Shown: positions 35,647 to 46,648, counted from the first letter of the stretch. The stretch is 64,000 nt of DNA from Alteromonadaceae bacterium (GCA_041583135.1 JBFHGJ010000001.1:41337-105336); one strand, 5' to 3'. Made by a program: numbers and translations. Notes: generated by a model from the sequence alone, not told the origin.

Positions 35647-36938
35647 CAGCGCACCTTAAAAATTGGCTTGAGCACAGGACAGCGCAGCTGTTTATCCAAC
35701 GTGCCGTTATCGTCATAGTGCTTAATTTGCGCCAAAATATCGCCATAGGCGTCGAGCAGCATGTCGATATGCTTGGGTTGATGGGCAAAGTTGAGGTTGT
35801 GGCTGCCATTGGTGATGATTCCTCGGGCAAACAATTCCTGTAACCAATAGGTTTTTATGGTCCAAGCGTCAAAGTGACGTCCGTCTTTACCGACCAGAAA
35901 GCTCCAACTTGGATGCCCTGCCGTTGCGTAGAGGTGATTGATGCCTAAACTGTCAATCAGCTTGTTTAAGCGATTGAGCAGGTCCTCGCCAAGCTGATGA
36001 ATGTGACCTAGCGCATTTTCACTACGGATTTTTTCGATGCAGGCTTTGCTGGCGGCCAAGGCCATGGTATCGCCACCAAAGGTGCCGGAAAAAAAGATCT
36101 CTGTCATCAAGGCCATTACGTCGGCTCTGCCGACCACTGCGGATATCGGATAGCCGTTTGCCATGCCCTTGCCAAAAGTCGCCAGATCTGGGGTGACATC
36201 AAACAATTGCTGGGCACCGCCGAGGCTAAAACGAAAGCCGGTAATGGTTTCGTCGAAGATCAACAGCGCGCCGTGCTGATGGGTCAAATCTTTTACTTTT
36301 TGCAAAAAATCTGCTGTGGGATAGGACAAATTCATCGGCTCTAAAATCACCGCAGCAAACTCGCCTTGGTGGCTTTCAAGTACGGTTTTTAACGAGTCGA
36401 TATCGTTATAGCCAAACGGATGGGTCAATGCCTTGGTTGCTCCGGGGACGCCCAAATTGCGAGAGGTGCTGCCGATATACCAATCTTGCCAGCCATGATA
36501 GCCGCACACCGCGACGTGATCTTTGCCGGTATAGGCGCGGGCTAAGCGGATAGCCGCGCTGGTGGCATCTGAGCCGTTTTTACCAAAACGTACCATTTCA
36601 GCGCAGGGAATAAGCTCACACAGAAGCTCTGCCACTTCAAATTCAAGGCGGTGGGGCAGCGAGAAAATAGCACCCGCCTGAACCTGTTCAATAACCGCTT
36701 GGTTGACGTCTTTGTCGCCATAGCCGAGGCTGATACAAAGCAATGCGCTCATAAAATCGAGGTAGCGATTGCCATCGACGTCAATCAATTCGCAACCCTC
36801 GCCACGCTCGGCGAAATAGGGGCTGACGCCTTGCGGCAACGACAACATGCTTTTGGAAAAGGTTTGCGAGCCTAGAGGGACGGTTTTAAGCGCTTGTTGT
36901 AAAAACTGCTGCGAGCGGCTGAAATTATCGATTGTCAT
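35646..36938 (-). CDS. class-III PLP aminotransferase (glutamate-1-semialdehyde aminomutase-like)
   Basis: 430 aa with GSDATSAAIRLAR, DETITGFR and TFGKGMANG (PLP lysine) motifs. Confidence 0.8.
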   Translation of the reverse strand: MTIDNFSRSQQFLQQALKTVPLGSQTFSKSMLSLPQGVSPYFAERGEGCELIDVDGNRYLDFMSALLCISLGYGDKDVNQAVIEQVQAGAIFSLPHRLEFEVAELLCELIPCAEMVRFGKNGSDATSAAIRLARAYTGKDHVAVCGYHGWQDWYIGSTSRNLGVPGATKALTHPFGYNDIDSLKTVLESHQGEFAAVILEPMNLSYPTADFLQKVKDLTHQHGALLIFDETITGFRFSLGGAQQLFDVTPDLATFGKGMANGYPISAVVGRADVMALMTEIFFSGTFGGDTMALAASKACIEKIRSENALGHIHQLGEDLLNRLNKLIDSLGINHLYATAGHPSWSFLVGKDGRHFDAWTIKTYWLQELFARGIITNGSHNLNFAHQPKHIDMLLDAYGDILAQIKHYDDNGTLDKQLRCPVLKPIFKVR

Positions 36939-36944
36939 GGCTTT

Positions 36945-37658
36945 TTACTGTACCAAATGTTGGTTAACACAAAACAGCGCAGGCTGTTGCTGATAAAGCG
37001 CCATTACCTGATGATAATCAAATGCCGGGTCGGTAGGGTAGAGGCGACTGTATATGGCTTCGACTAGGGCAAAATCTTCCGGGTTATCGACTGTCCAGCG
37101 CTGCTGTGATAAGTCTTGTTCACAGCAAATCTCGGCCATGGCAAATTGCTCGGCATGATCGCGAATGTATTTGGTCACATGTTCTAGCTGATCTTGCGCG
37201 GTGGCTTGTTGCGCCATTAATTGTAAGGTGTTCATGGTCATCACTTCCACATCCAATCCATCGGGATAGGTGCGAGGAAACGCGTTGGTTGTGTAGTCGA
37301 AGTCACCGTCAAGGTGGCGCTCTATTACCTTATCGATAACGCCCGGGTCTATCAGTGGGCAGTCTGCGGTGAGCCTAACGACATGGCTAGGATGGTATGG
37401 TTTGGCACATTGATAAAAGCGCGATAACACATTGTCCAAGTCGCCACGAAAACAAGGTTGCTGAAACTGCTCGCAAGCGCTGGCAATGGCATCGTCGCTG
37501 GATTCTACACTGGTCGCTACGACAATCTTATCGATTCGCCGTGCCGTTTTGATGCGTTCGATTTGACGAAACATCATTGGCTTGCCCAGCAGCGGCTTCA
37601 ACACCTTGCCCGGTAGCCGATTGGACGACATCCTTGCTTGCAATATCGCAAGGATCAT
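36945..37658 (-). CDS. SpsF-like cytidylyltransferase (probable CMP-nonulosonate synthetase role)
   Basis: ILQARMSSNRLPGKVLKPL N-terminus as in SpsF-type cytidylyltransferases. Start taken at the ATG in an ATGA overlap with the upstream gene. Confidence 0.7.
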   Translation of the reverse strand: MILAILQARMSSNRLPGKVLKPLLGKPMMFRQIERIKTARRIDKIVVATSVESSDDAIASACEQFQQPCFRGDLDNVLSRFYQCAKPYHPSHVVRLTADCPLIDPGVIDKVIERHLDGDFDYTTNAFPRTYPDGLDVEVMTMNTLQLMAQQATAQDQLEHVTKYIRDHAEQFAMAEICCEQDLSQQRWTVDNPEDFALVEAIYSRLYPTDPAFDYHQVMALYQQQPALFCVNQHLVQ

Positions 37659-38521
37659 TTGCGCTTGCCCTCCGGCCACAAAAATGGACTGATCAACCCT
37701 TCTTCATGACAACTTAACTCGCTGGCGTCGAACGTTACTTTACCGGCCTGCTCATAAGCTTCGAGCACTTCTATCAGTTGCGCCTCAGAACAGACGCCAA
37801 ACACCAAGCGGTCCACCTCATCGTGGCGATGGGCGATAGTCAGTGCCGCTGCCAGCCGTGATAGACCGCTTTTTTTACACAAGCTGTCGAGCTTGTCAAA
37901 CAATGGCTTATACGGATGAAAGTAGGGGGGCAATTCGCCAAAGGGCATTAATAAGAGTCCTTGGAGGAAAATAGAACGGGCATGGACCTCAACGCCTTTG
38001 CCTTTAAGCCATTCGATGCAGCCGGTTGCAAAAAAGCGTTGATCGAACAGATTCATCGGCAATTGCACCAGATCCAGCGGAAACCGATCTTCAAGTTCAA
38101 AGGTGGGTTTGGTGTGATAGACCGAGATGCCGATTTTATCGACCAAGCCTTGCTGCTTTAAGGCGCTTAATTCGGCATAACTTTGTTCGGTCAAATCGGC
38201 GCTGTTGTGCAACATTAGGCCGTCGATTTTATCCATCTTAAGCCGGGCTAACGAGTGTTTGAGCGCTTCTGATATGCTGTAGTCATAGCTCTCTAAATCC
38301 GGCACCTTATCGACCAGCTTGAACTTGAGCTGATTTTTTGCCAGCAGCTCGCCAATGACGGTCTCAGAACTGCCGTAAACGCTACCGGTATCGAGCAGAT
38401 CAATGCCATGACTTGCCGCCGTAATGAGAATTTTCTCGACTTCTTCGACACTCACCTGACCTTTGGTATTGGAAATACCATAGTCCATGCCGAATTGAAC
38501 AGTGCCCAATGCCAATTTCAT
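37655..38521 (-). CDS. aldo/keto reductase
   Basis: MKLALGTVQFGMDYG N-terminus and AKR-like length. ATG 38521 behind GAGGA is preferred over TTG 38536. Confidence 0.75.
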   Translation of the reverse strand: MKLALGTVQFGMDYGISNTKGQVSVEEVEKILITAASHGIDLLDTGSVYGSSETVIGELLAKNQLKFKLVDKVPDLESYDYSISEALKHSLARLKMDKIDGLMLHNSADLTEQSYAELSALKQQGLVDKIGISVYHTKPTFELEDRFPLDLVQLPMNLFDQRFFATGCIEWLKGKGVEVHARSIFLQGLLLMPFGELPPYFHPYKPLFDKLDSLCKKSGLSRLAAALTIAHRHDEVDRLVFGVCSEAQLIEVLEAYEQAGKVTFDASELSCHEEGLISPFLWPEGKRK

Positions 38522-38532
38522 TTTAGCCGTCC

Positions 38533-40784
<2,252 letters not shown>

Positions 40785-40833
40785 TTACAAGGATATTTTT
40801 AAGTAAATGCGAAAAAAGCCGGTTTATAACAGG

Positions 40834-40860
40834 TTATCGGCATAAAAAAGCGGCACTTGA
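40834..40860 (-). promoter_or_regulatory. possible sigma28 promoter for the pse operon
   Basis: The minus strand reads TCAAGTGC-N11-GCCGATAA: a perfect -10 and a 5/8 match at -35, about 130 nt upstream of pseB. Confidence 0.35.
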
Positions 40861-41224
40861 GCGACCTGACGGCAAATAACATTATCAGGTATGAGCGATG
40901 TCGGACATGGATGGGCGACCATTTTCAACTGGTTGAAAATACGCGAGAAAGTTCACTTGCTGAACTTGAACGTGCTCAGTCAATAATCTTGGACGATTAT
41001 TTACTGACATTAAATAGCCAAATTGTGCTACACTCAAAGTAAGGAAATTACAGCCCTAGCGGGCTGAAAAATCATCAGGTGTCATTGGCCTTTTGTGGAG
41101 AAAGGCTGAGGAAAAAGACGCAGTATCTGATTTTTAAATGACCAAGGTTTTGCCAGCGGCAAGGTTAATCTGTGACAGGCATTCGGGGCGCTGACAGGTT
41201 AGCGGTTTAAAGAGGCTATTTATT

Positions 41225-42016
41225 ATGAAAATCAACGGTTTTCAACCTAATTTCATCAATCAAAACAGCAAAAGCGAAAGTTTGCTGGAAAAACTCGCCA
41301 GTGGCAAGCGGGTTAATTCTGCCGCCGATGATGCGGCCGGTTTACAGATCATCAATCGTCTAAGCGCTGAGCTAGACGGCTATTTGCGCGGCGCGCAAAA
41401 CGGCAATGATGGGGTTTCGTTGGCACAGACTGCCGATCAAGCCTTCTCGAATATCGGCGATACCGTATCGCGTATTCGCGAATTGACTGCCCGTGCCGGT
41501 AGTGGGGCGTTAAACGGCTCAGATCGCCAAGCCATTCAGCAAGAGATCAACAGCTTGACCGAAGAAGTCGGCTCTATCGCCGAAGATGCGACCTTCGCCG
41601 GTGTCGATTTGCTTAAATCCAGCGGCACCATCGGCATCAATTTAGGTCGTGGCGACAATATCAATGTTCAAACCAAAGATGTACAAACTGACTTAGGTGG
41701 TCTGGGCTTTAATACCATCGACGTTACCACAGCTGCCGGTGCACAAGCGGCACTGGGCACATTGGACAACATCTCTGATTACGTCAATAATGCTCGCGCA
41801 GAGTTGGGGGCGACGCAAAACCGCTTAGAGAGCAGTATTCGTGGTTTAAATGGTCAACATGAGCAGGCTGCTGCGGCTCGGGCCAGACGACAGGACACCG
41901 ATTATGCTCAAGCGGCGTCTGAGCGCGCACGCAACGACATTTTGCAGCAAAGTCAAATTGCGGTGCAGTCGCAAGCCAACCTTAATCGTCAACAGGCGCT
42001 CAACTTGTTGGCCTAA
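41225..42016 (+). CDS. divergent short flagellin-family protein (263 aa)
   Basis: Has [16 protein letters not shown] and the C-terminal ATQNRLES...LQQSQIAVQSQAN flagellin blocks. It lacks the VNTN N-terminal motif and is about 8 aa shorter before the AAG motif. Confidence 0.85.
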   Translation: MKINGFQPNFINQNSKSESLLEKLASGKRVNSAADDAAGLQIINRLSAELDGYLRGAQNGNDGVSLAQTADQAFSNIGDTVSRIRELTARAGSGALNGSDRQAIQQEINSLTEEVGSIAEDATFAGVDLLKSSGTIGINLGRGDNINVQTKDVQTDLGGLGFNTIDVTTAAGAQAALGTLDNISDYVNNARAELGATQNRLESSIRGLNGQHEQAAAARARRQDTDYAQAASERARNDILQQSQIAVQSQANLNRQQALNLLA

Positions 42017-42047
42017 CGGCCAACAGCCTACCTCATTACGGCAATCG

Positions 42048-42085
42048 ACAACAAAATATTGACATATCTGTCAATATTTTGTTGT
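42048..42085 (+). terminator. perfect 17-bp AT-rich palindrome (terminator or operator)
   Basis: ACAACAAAATATTGACA-tatc-TGTCAATATTTTGTTGT, between the short flagellin and flrA. Confidence 0.5.
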
Positions 42086-42162
42086 TTAAACTTGCCTTAT
42101 AGTCTGATTTGCATATCATTAACAAAATATCCTTATTTCTCTCAACAAGTTAAGGCAGATTG

Positions 42163-43632
42163 ATGGTGGCTGAATCGGAAAAGATCCTGATCGTCGATGA
42201 ACAACACACCCGAGCGACAGCGCTCAAAACCGTTCTAGAGTTTATAGGTCAAAAGTGTGTCATTGTCGCGGCAGATGCGTTGCAGCAAACGCTTAGTGAC
42301 AATGCGGCGAAACGCTTTTCGATTTTGGTTATTGGTGCCCTACCTGAAGGTAACTATAGTGACGTGATCAAATCAGTGCCGTTTTTGCCGGTGCTGGTGG
42401 TTGGCGATACCCTAAAGCACTTGCTTGAAGTGCCCAATGTGATTGCCTTGATGAGCTATCCGTTTCATTATGGCGAGCTGACCATTCAGCTTAGTGATTG
42501 TCAGGAATACAAAAGGCTTATTCCGACCAATCGCGGCAAGGGGATGCAATCGCATTTTCAAGGGTTTGTCGGCAACTCAGATGCCATGCGTCAGGTGCGC
42601 TTTTTGATTGAACAGGTGGCTTGCTCTGCGGCCAATGTGCTGATTTTAGGTGAGTCAGGTACCGGTAAAGAAGTGGTGGCCAACAATATTCATTTATTGT
42701 CAGAGCGTAAAGATGCGCCATTTGTGCCGGTCAACTGTGGTGCCATTCCGGCGGATCTGCTGGAAAGTGAGTTGTTTGGTCATGAAAAGGGGGCTTTTAC
42801 CGGCGCCATTTCGGCCCGTAAAGGCCGTTTTGAGCTGGCACAAGGCGGTACACTGTTCTTAGATGAAATTGGTGACATGCCGCTGTTGATGCAGGTGAAG
42901 TTGTTGCGGGTATTGCAAGAGCGCTCATTTGAGCGAGTTGGTGGTACCAAGCCGATTAAATGCGATGTTCGGGTTATTGCGGCGACTCACCGTAATCTAG
43001 AGACCATGATTGAAGCGGGCACTTTCCGTGAAGATCTATTTTATCGCTTAAATGTTTTCCCGATTGAAACCCCTGCACTTAGAGAACGGCCTGAAGACTT
43101 ACCTTTGCTGATTGGCGAGCTTATCAAACGGGTTGAGGCAGAGTGTGGTCAGGACGTCAAATTCTCTGAAAGGGCACTGGAGTCGTTAAAAGCCAGCCCA
43201 TGGTCGGGCAACGTCCGTGAGTTGTCGAACTTGGTCGAACGGATGATCATCATGTATCCGGGCCAAGTGGTCGATATCACTGAGCTGCCGAAGAAATACC
43301 AAGCCTTTGAGGTTGAGGCGTACGTACCCGAATACCCTGAAGAACTGCAAGAGCGTGATGCGATTTACGAAATGTTTTCTGAAGGCGACAGTCAAGAAGA
43401 CTTTCAAGACGCCTATGAAGAAGATGTTGCTAGCGGCGGTGGAATGTGGGGCATGTTGCCGCCAGAGGGGATCAATCTTAAAGAGTATATGGCCGAAATT
43501 GAGATCAGCCTGATCACTCAAGCGCTGGAATATAGTGATTACGTTGTCGCTAGGGCTGCGGAGATCTTGGCGGTGCGGCGTACGACCTTGGTCGAAAAGA
43601 TGAAAAAATACGGCCTTGGTAAAGAAGACTAA
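42163..43632 (+). CDS. flrA: sigma54-dependent flagellar master regulator FlrA/FleQ
   Basis: FleQ-type N-domain, AAA+ motifs GESGTGKE and GAFTGA, C-terminal HTH. Confidence 0.9.
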   Translation: MVAESEKILIVDEQHTRATALKTVLEFIGQKCVIVAADALQQTLSDNAAKRFSILVIGALPEGNYSDVIKSVPFLPVLVVGDTLKHLLEVPNVIALMSYPFHYGELTIQLSDCQEYKRLIPTNRGKGMQSHFQGFVGNSDAMRQVRFLIEQVACSAANVLILGESGTGKEVVANNIHLLSERKDAPFVPVNCGAIPADLLESELFGHEKGAFTGAISARKGRFELAQGGTLFLDEIGDMPLLMQVKLLRVLQERSFERVGGTKPIKCDVRVIAATHRNLETMIEAGTFREDLFYRLNVFPIETPALRERPEDLPLLIGELIKRVEAECGQDVKFSERALESLKASPWSGNVRELSNLVERMIIMYPGQVVDITELPKKYQAFEVEAYVPEYPEELQERDAIYEMFSEGDSQEDFQDAYEEDVASGGGMWGMLPPEGINLKEYMAEIEISLITQALEYSDYVVARAAEILAVRRTTLVEKMKKYGLGKED

Positions 43633-43639
43633 ATATATA

Positions 43640-43659
43640 CCCGAGGTGCTTGCCTCGGG
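43640..43659 (+). terminator. hairpin after flrA (no T-tract)
   Basis: CCCGAGG-tgcttg-CCTCGGG. Confidence 0.4.
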
Positions 43660-43814
43660 CCTGCTTCAAATCCCCGATGGCGTGGTACGCCTGTACAAAC
43701 TTTTGACCTTTGGTGTCAGATCACGAGTGTTTTTCTCCCGCCAAAATACCTTGTCAAAATATCGACACCGATAAAAATCCTGCCTAACTAATTGAAAAAT
43801 AACGAATAAAAATC

Positions 43815-43830
43815 TGGCACGCATATTGAA
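43815..43830 (+). promoter_or_regulatory. sigma54 promoter of flrBC
   Basis: TGGCAC-GCATA-TTGAA, about 30 nt upstream of the flrB start. Confidence 0.6.
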
Positions 43831-43857
43831 TGGTCACAGCCATACTAGCAACTTTGA

Positions 43858-45000
43858 GTGAAAGTTATGGCATCAGCACAAGTTCTCAAACGCCCTCAGG
43901 GTGATGTGGCACAACTGCCACCGATCAGTCTCGTTCCAGCGCTCGAGCAAGAAGCCTACCCCGGCGAATTGGCCGAGTTACGTGCAAAGGCGTCTCGTAT
44001 GAGTCATGTGGTTGAGACTTTGCCGGCCGGTGTCATTATCTTGGACAACAAAGGGGTGGTCGCTGAAGTCAATCAAATGGCCATCGACATGCTGGGCGAG
44101 CCGCTTGAAGGTGAAAAGTGGCGCGATGTGATCAAACGGGCTTTTAGTCCAAAAAACGACGATGGTCATGAAGTGTCATTGAGTGACGGTCGTCGTATCA
44201 AGTTGTCGATAAGTTCGCTCGACCCGCACCCCGGGCAATTGATCTTAATGACCGATTTGACCGAAACTCGCGCACTGCAAGAGCGGTTGGCACATATGAA
44301 TCGCCTTTCGGCGCTGGGCAAAATGGTTGCCTCTTTGGCGCATCAGGTGCGTACACCCTTATCTGCGGCGATGCTTTACGCTGCCAATATTGCCAATGAG
44401 CGCCTATCTAGCGAGGCGCGTTCAAAGTTCGGTAGTAAGCTCAATTCACGTTTGCAAGATTTGGAGCAACAAGTCAACAACATGCTGTTGTTTGCCAAAA
44501 GTGGCGGCGCACAGGTTGTTGAAAAGCTGTCGTTGCAACAATTGCTCAGTGAAGTAAAGGCAGGAGCCGAGGCTATGGTGGTTCAGGCCAAAGGTGAGAT
44601 CAAAGTTAACTTGCCGGAGCCGGACATTCTCATTCGCGGCAACAAAAGTGCCCTTGCCAGTGCCATTCAAAACCTAATTCACAATGCGCTTGAACTGATC
44701 GGCCATGGTGCCGAGATCTGCATAGAAGCGGCGCGTGACAAGCGTGATGACAATCAAGTCATTATCAGCGTCAGCGACAATGGCCCGGGTATCGACGAGC
44801 CATTGGCCAAACGCATTTTTGAACCTTTTTATACGACTAAACAATCTGGGACCGGGTTAGGCCTTGCCGTCGTGCAAGCCATTGCAACAGCCCATCATGG
44901 TAGCGTTGAGTTGGACATGAGCGTCAGTAAAGGCGCCAAGTTCAATATTTGCCTGCCAGTGTTACCAGCGAATAAGCAACAGGAGTCTGATCATGTCTAA
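43858..45000 (+). CDS. flrB: flagellar sensor histidine kinase FlrB/FleS
   Basis: PAS-like N-domain, H-box LAHQVRTPLS, HATPase motifs (DNGPGI, GTGLGL). The start could instead be ATG 43867. Confidence 0.88.
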   Translation: MKVMASAQVLKRPQGDVAQLPPISLVPALEQEAYPGELAELRAKASRMSHVVETLPAGVIILDNKGVVAEVNQMAIDMLGEPLEGEKWRDVIKRAFSPKNDDGHEVSLSDGRRIKLSISSLDPHPGQLILMTDLTETRALQERLAHMNRLSALGKMVASLAHQVRTPLSAAMLYAANIANERLSSEARSKFGSKLNSRLQDLEQQVNNMLLFAKSGGAQVVEKLSLQQLLSEVKAGAEAMVVQAKGEIKVNLPEPDILIRGNKSALASAIQNLIHNALELIGHGAEICIEAARDKRDDNQVIISVSDNGPGIDEPLAKRIFEPFYTTKQSGTGLGLAVVQAIATAHHGSVELDMSVSKGAKFNICLPVLPANKQQESDHV

Positions 45001-46357
45001 ATCTAAATTATTGGTTGTTGAAGATGATGCCGGATTGCGCGAAGCGCTGATTGATACCTTAGAGATCAGCGGCTATACCTGTGTTGCGGCAGACAACGCC
45101 GAACGCGCCATTATGCTACTCAAACAACACAAAGTGGACATGGTGATCTCCGATGTTCAGATGGGTGAGATCAGCGGCTTAGAGCTGTTGCGTTCAATCA
45201 AGCTCAATTATCCGACGCTGCCGGTGTTGATGATGACTGCCTATGCCACCATTGACGATGCCGTACAGGCTATGCGTGAAGGGGCGGTGGATTATCTATC
45301 CAAACCATTTGCGCCTGAGGTATTGATGAACTTGGTTAGCAAATATGTACCGGCCAATAAAGTCGAGTCGCACCATCCGGTGGTGGCCGATGCCAAAAGT
45401 CTGCAATTGATTAAGCTGGCCGGTAAAGTGGCCAAATCCGATGCGACCGTCATGGTGCTAGGCCCGAGCGGCAGTGGTAAAGAAGTCTTGTCAAAATACA
45501 TTCACGACCAGTCTAAAGCCTCCGACGGTCCGTTTGTCGCCATTAACTGTGCGGCCATTCCTGACAATATGCTTGAGGCCACCTTATTCGGCTATGAAAA
45601 AGGCGCCTTTACCGGCGCAATCAATGCCTGTCCGGGTAAGTTTGAACAAGCGCAAAACGGCACCATCTTACTCGATGAAATTACCGAGATGGACCTAAGT
45701 CTTCAAGCGAAACTGCTCAGGGTATTGCAAGAGCGAGAAGTCGAGCGTTTAGGGAGCCGTAAAACCGTCAAACTCAATGTGCGAGTTATCGCCACCAGTA
45801 ACCGAGATTTACGCGAGGCCGTAAAAGAAGGCAAATTTAGAGAAGACTTGTTCTATCGCCTCAATGTTTTTCCATTGACTTGGCCTGCCTTGAGTGAGCG
45901 TAGAAATGACATTGTCCCTTTGGCTACGCATTTGATTGACCGTTACTGTCAACAATCTGGCGAAGCGGCGCCGCAGCTCAGCGCTTCGGCACAGGCCAAA
46001 CTGCAAAATCACAGCTGGCCGGGTAATGTTCGTGAGTTGGATAATGTCATCCAGCGTGCCATGATCATCAAGTCAGATGACAAGATTGACAGCGAAGACA
46101 TCTTGTTGGAAAACATGGAAGCGGTGGCTGAGCCGACTGAAATTGCCGACATCACCTTAGATCCGACATCGACTTCGACCATCGATCCGATGTTTAAGAA
46201 CGAGCTTAAAAATCAAGAGCACAAGATCATACTCGACACCTTGGCGTCCTGTAACGGTTCACGCAAAGGCGTATCGGAAAAACTCGGCATCAGCCCGCGC
46301 ACCTTGCGCTACAAAATTGCCAAAATGAAAGAGCAGGGCATTGAAATCCCCGCTTAA
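44993..46357 (+). CDS. flrC: sigma54-dependent response regulator FlrC/FleR
   Basis: Receiver domain, AAA+ motifs GPSGSGKE and GAFTGA, C-terminal HTH. Confidence 0.9.
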   Translation: MSKSKLLVVEDDAGLREALIDTLEISGYTCVAADNAERAIMLLKQHKVDMVISDVQMGEISGLELLRSIKLNYPTLPVLMMTAYATIDDAVQAMREGAVDYLSKPFAPEVLMNLVSKYVPANKVESHHPVVADAKSLQLIKLAGKVAKSDATVMVLGPSGSGKEVLSKYIHDQSKASDGPFVAINCAAIPDNMLEATLFGYEKGAFTGAINACPGKFEQAQNGTILLDEITEMDLSLQAKLLRVLQEREVERLGSRKTVKLNVRVIATSNRDLREAVKEGKFREDLFYRLNVFPLTWPALSERRNDIVPLATHLIDRYCQQSGEAAPQLSASAQAKLQNHSWPGNVRELDNVIQRAMIIKSDDKIDSEDILLENMEAVAEPTEIADITLDPTSTSTIDPMFKNELKNQEHKIILDTLASCNGSRKGVSEKLGISPRTLRYKIAKMKEQGIEIPA

Positions 46358-46465
46358 GCCAAAAAGCAAAACCCCGAGGTGCCGGAACAGTGTCGGACGC
46401 TGATTTTTTCGGTACTCATGTTTTGCTGGCTATTTCTTGTAGCATCAATGTTTGTTAAATGACTA

Positions 46466-46513
46466 GTCCCAATAAATATGGTGTCTGACACTAAATTTAT
46501 TGGGACGTTTTTA
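46466..46513 (+). terminator. terminator after flrC
   Basis: 12-bp stem GTCCCAATAAAT/ATTTATTGGGAC followed by GTTTTTA. Confidence 0.7.
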
Positions 46514-46576
46514 TTGTTAACTTTCTGTTTATGGCTAATTTAACTGTAACCTATTGAAAAATAACAGTTAAAAATG

Positions 46577-46592
46577 TGGCATACTCCCTGCA
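46577..46592 (+). promoter_or_regulatory. sigma54 promoter of the fliE operon
   Basis: TGGCAT-ACTCC-CTGCA with GG-N10-GC spacing, about 55 nt upstream of fliE. Confidence 0.65.
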
Positions 46593-46648
46593 TTACTCTA
46601 GTTATCTTATTTCTGTTCAATTTTTTGACGTAGCAACTGGGGTAGACC

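Noticed and set aside
40857-41042. A 61-aa ORF with a TTG start lies in the pseB/short-flagellin intergenic region.
   Set aside because: It has a non-ATG start without a ribosome-binding site, and the in-frame ATG would leave only 43 aa. It has no recognisable features and overlaps the putative pse promoter region on the other strand. It cannot be fully excluded as a small protein.
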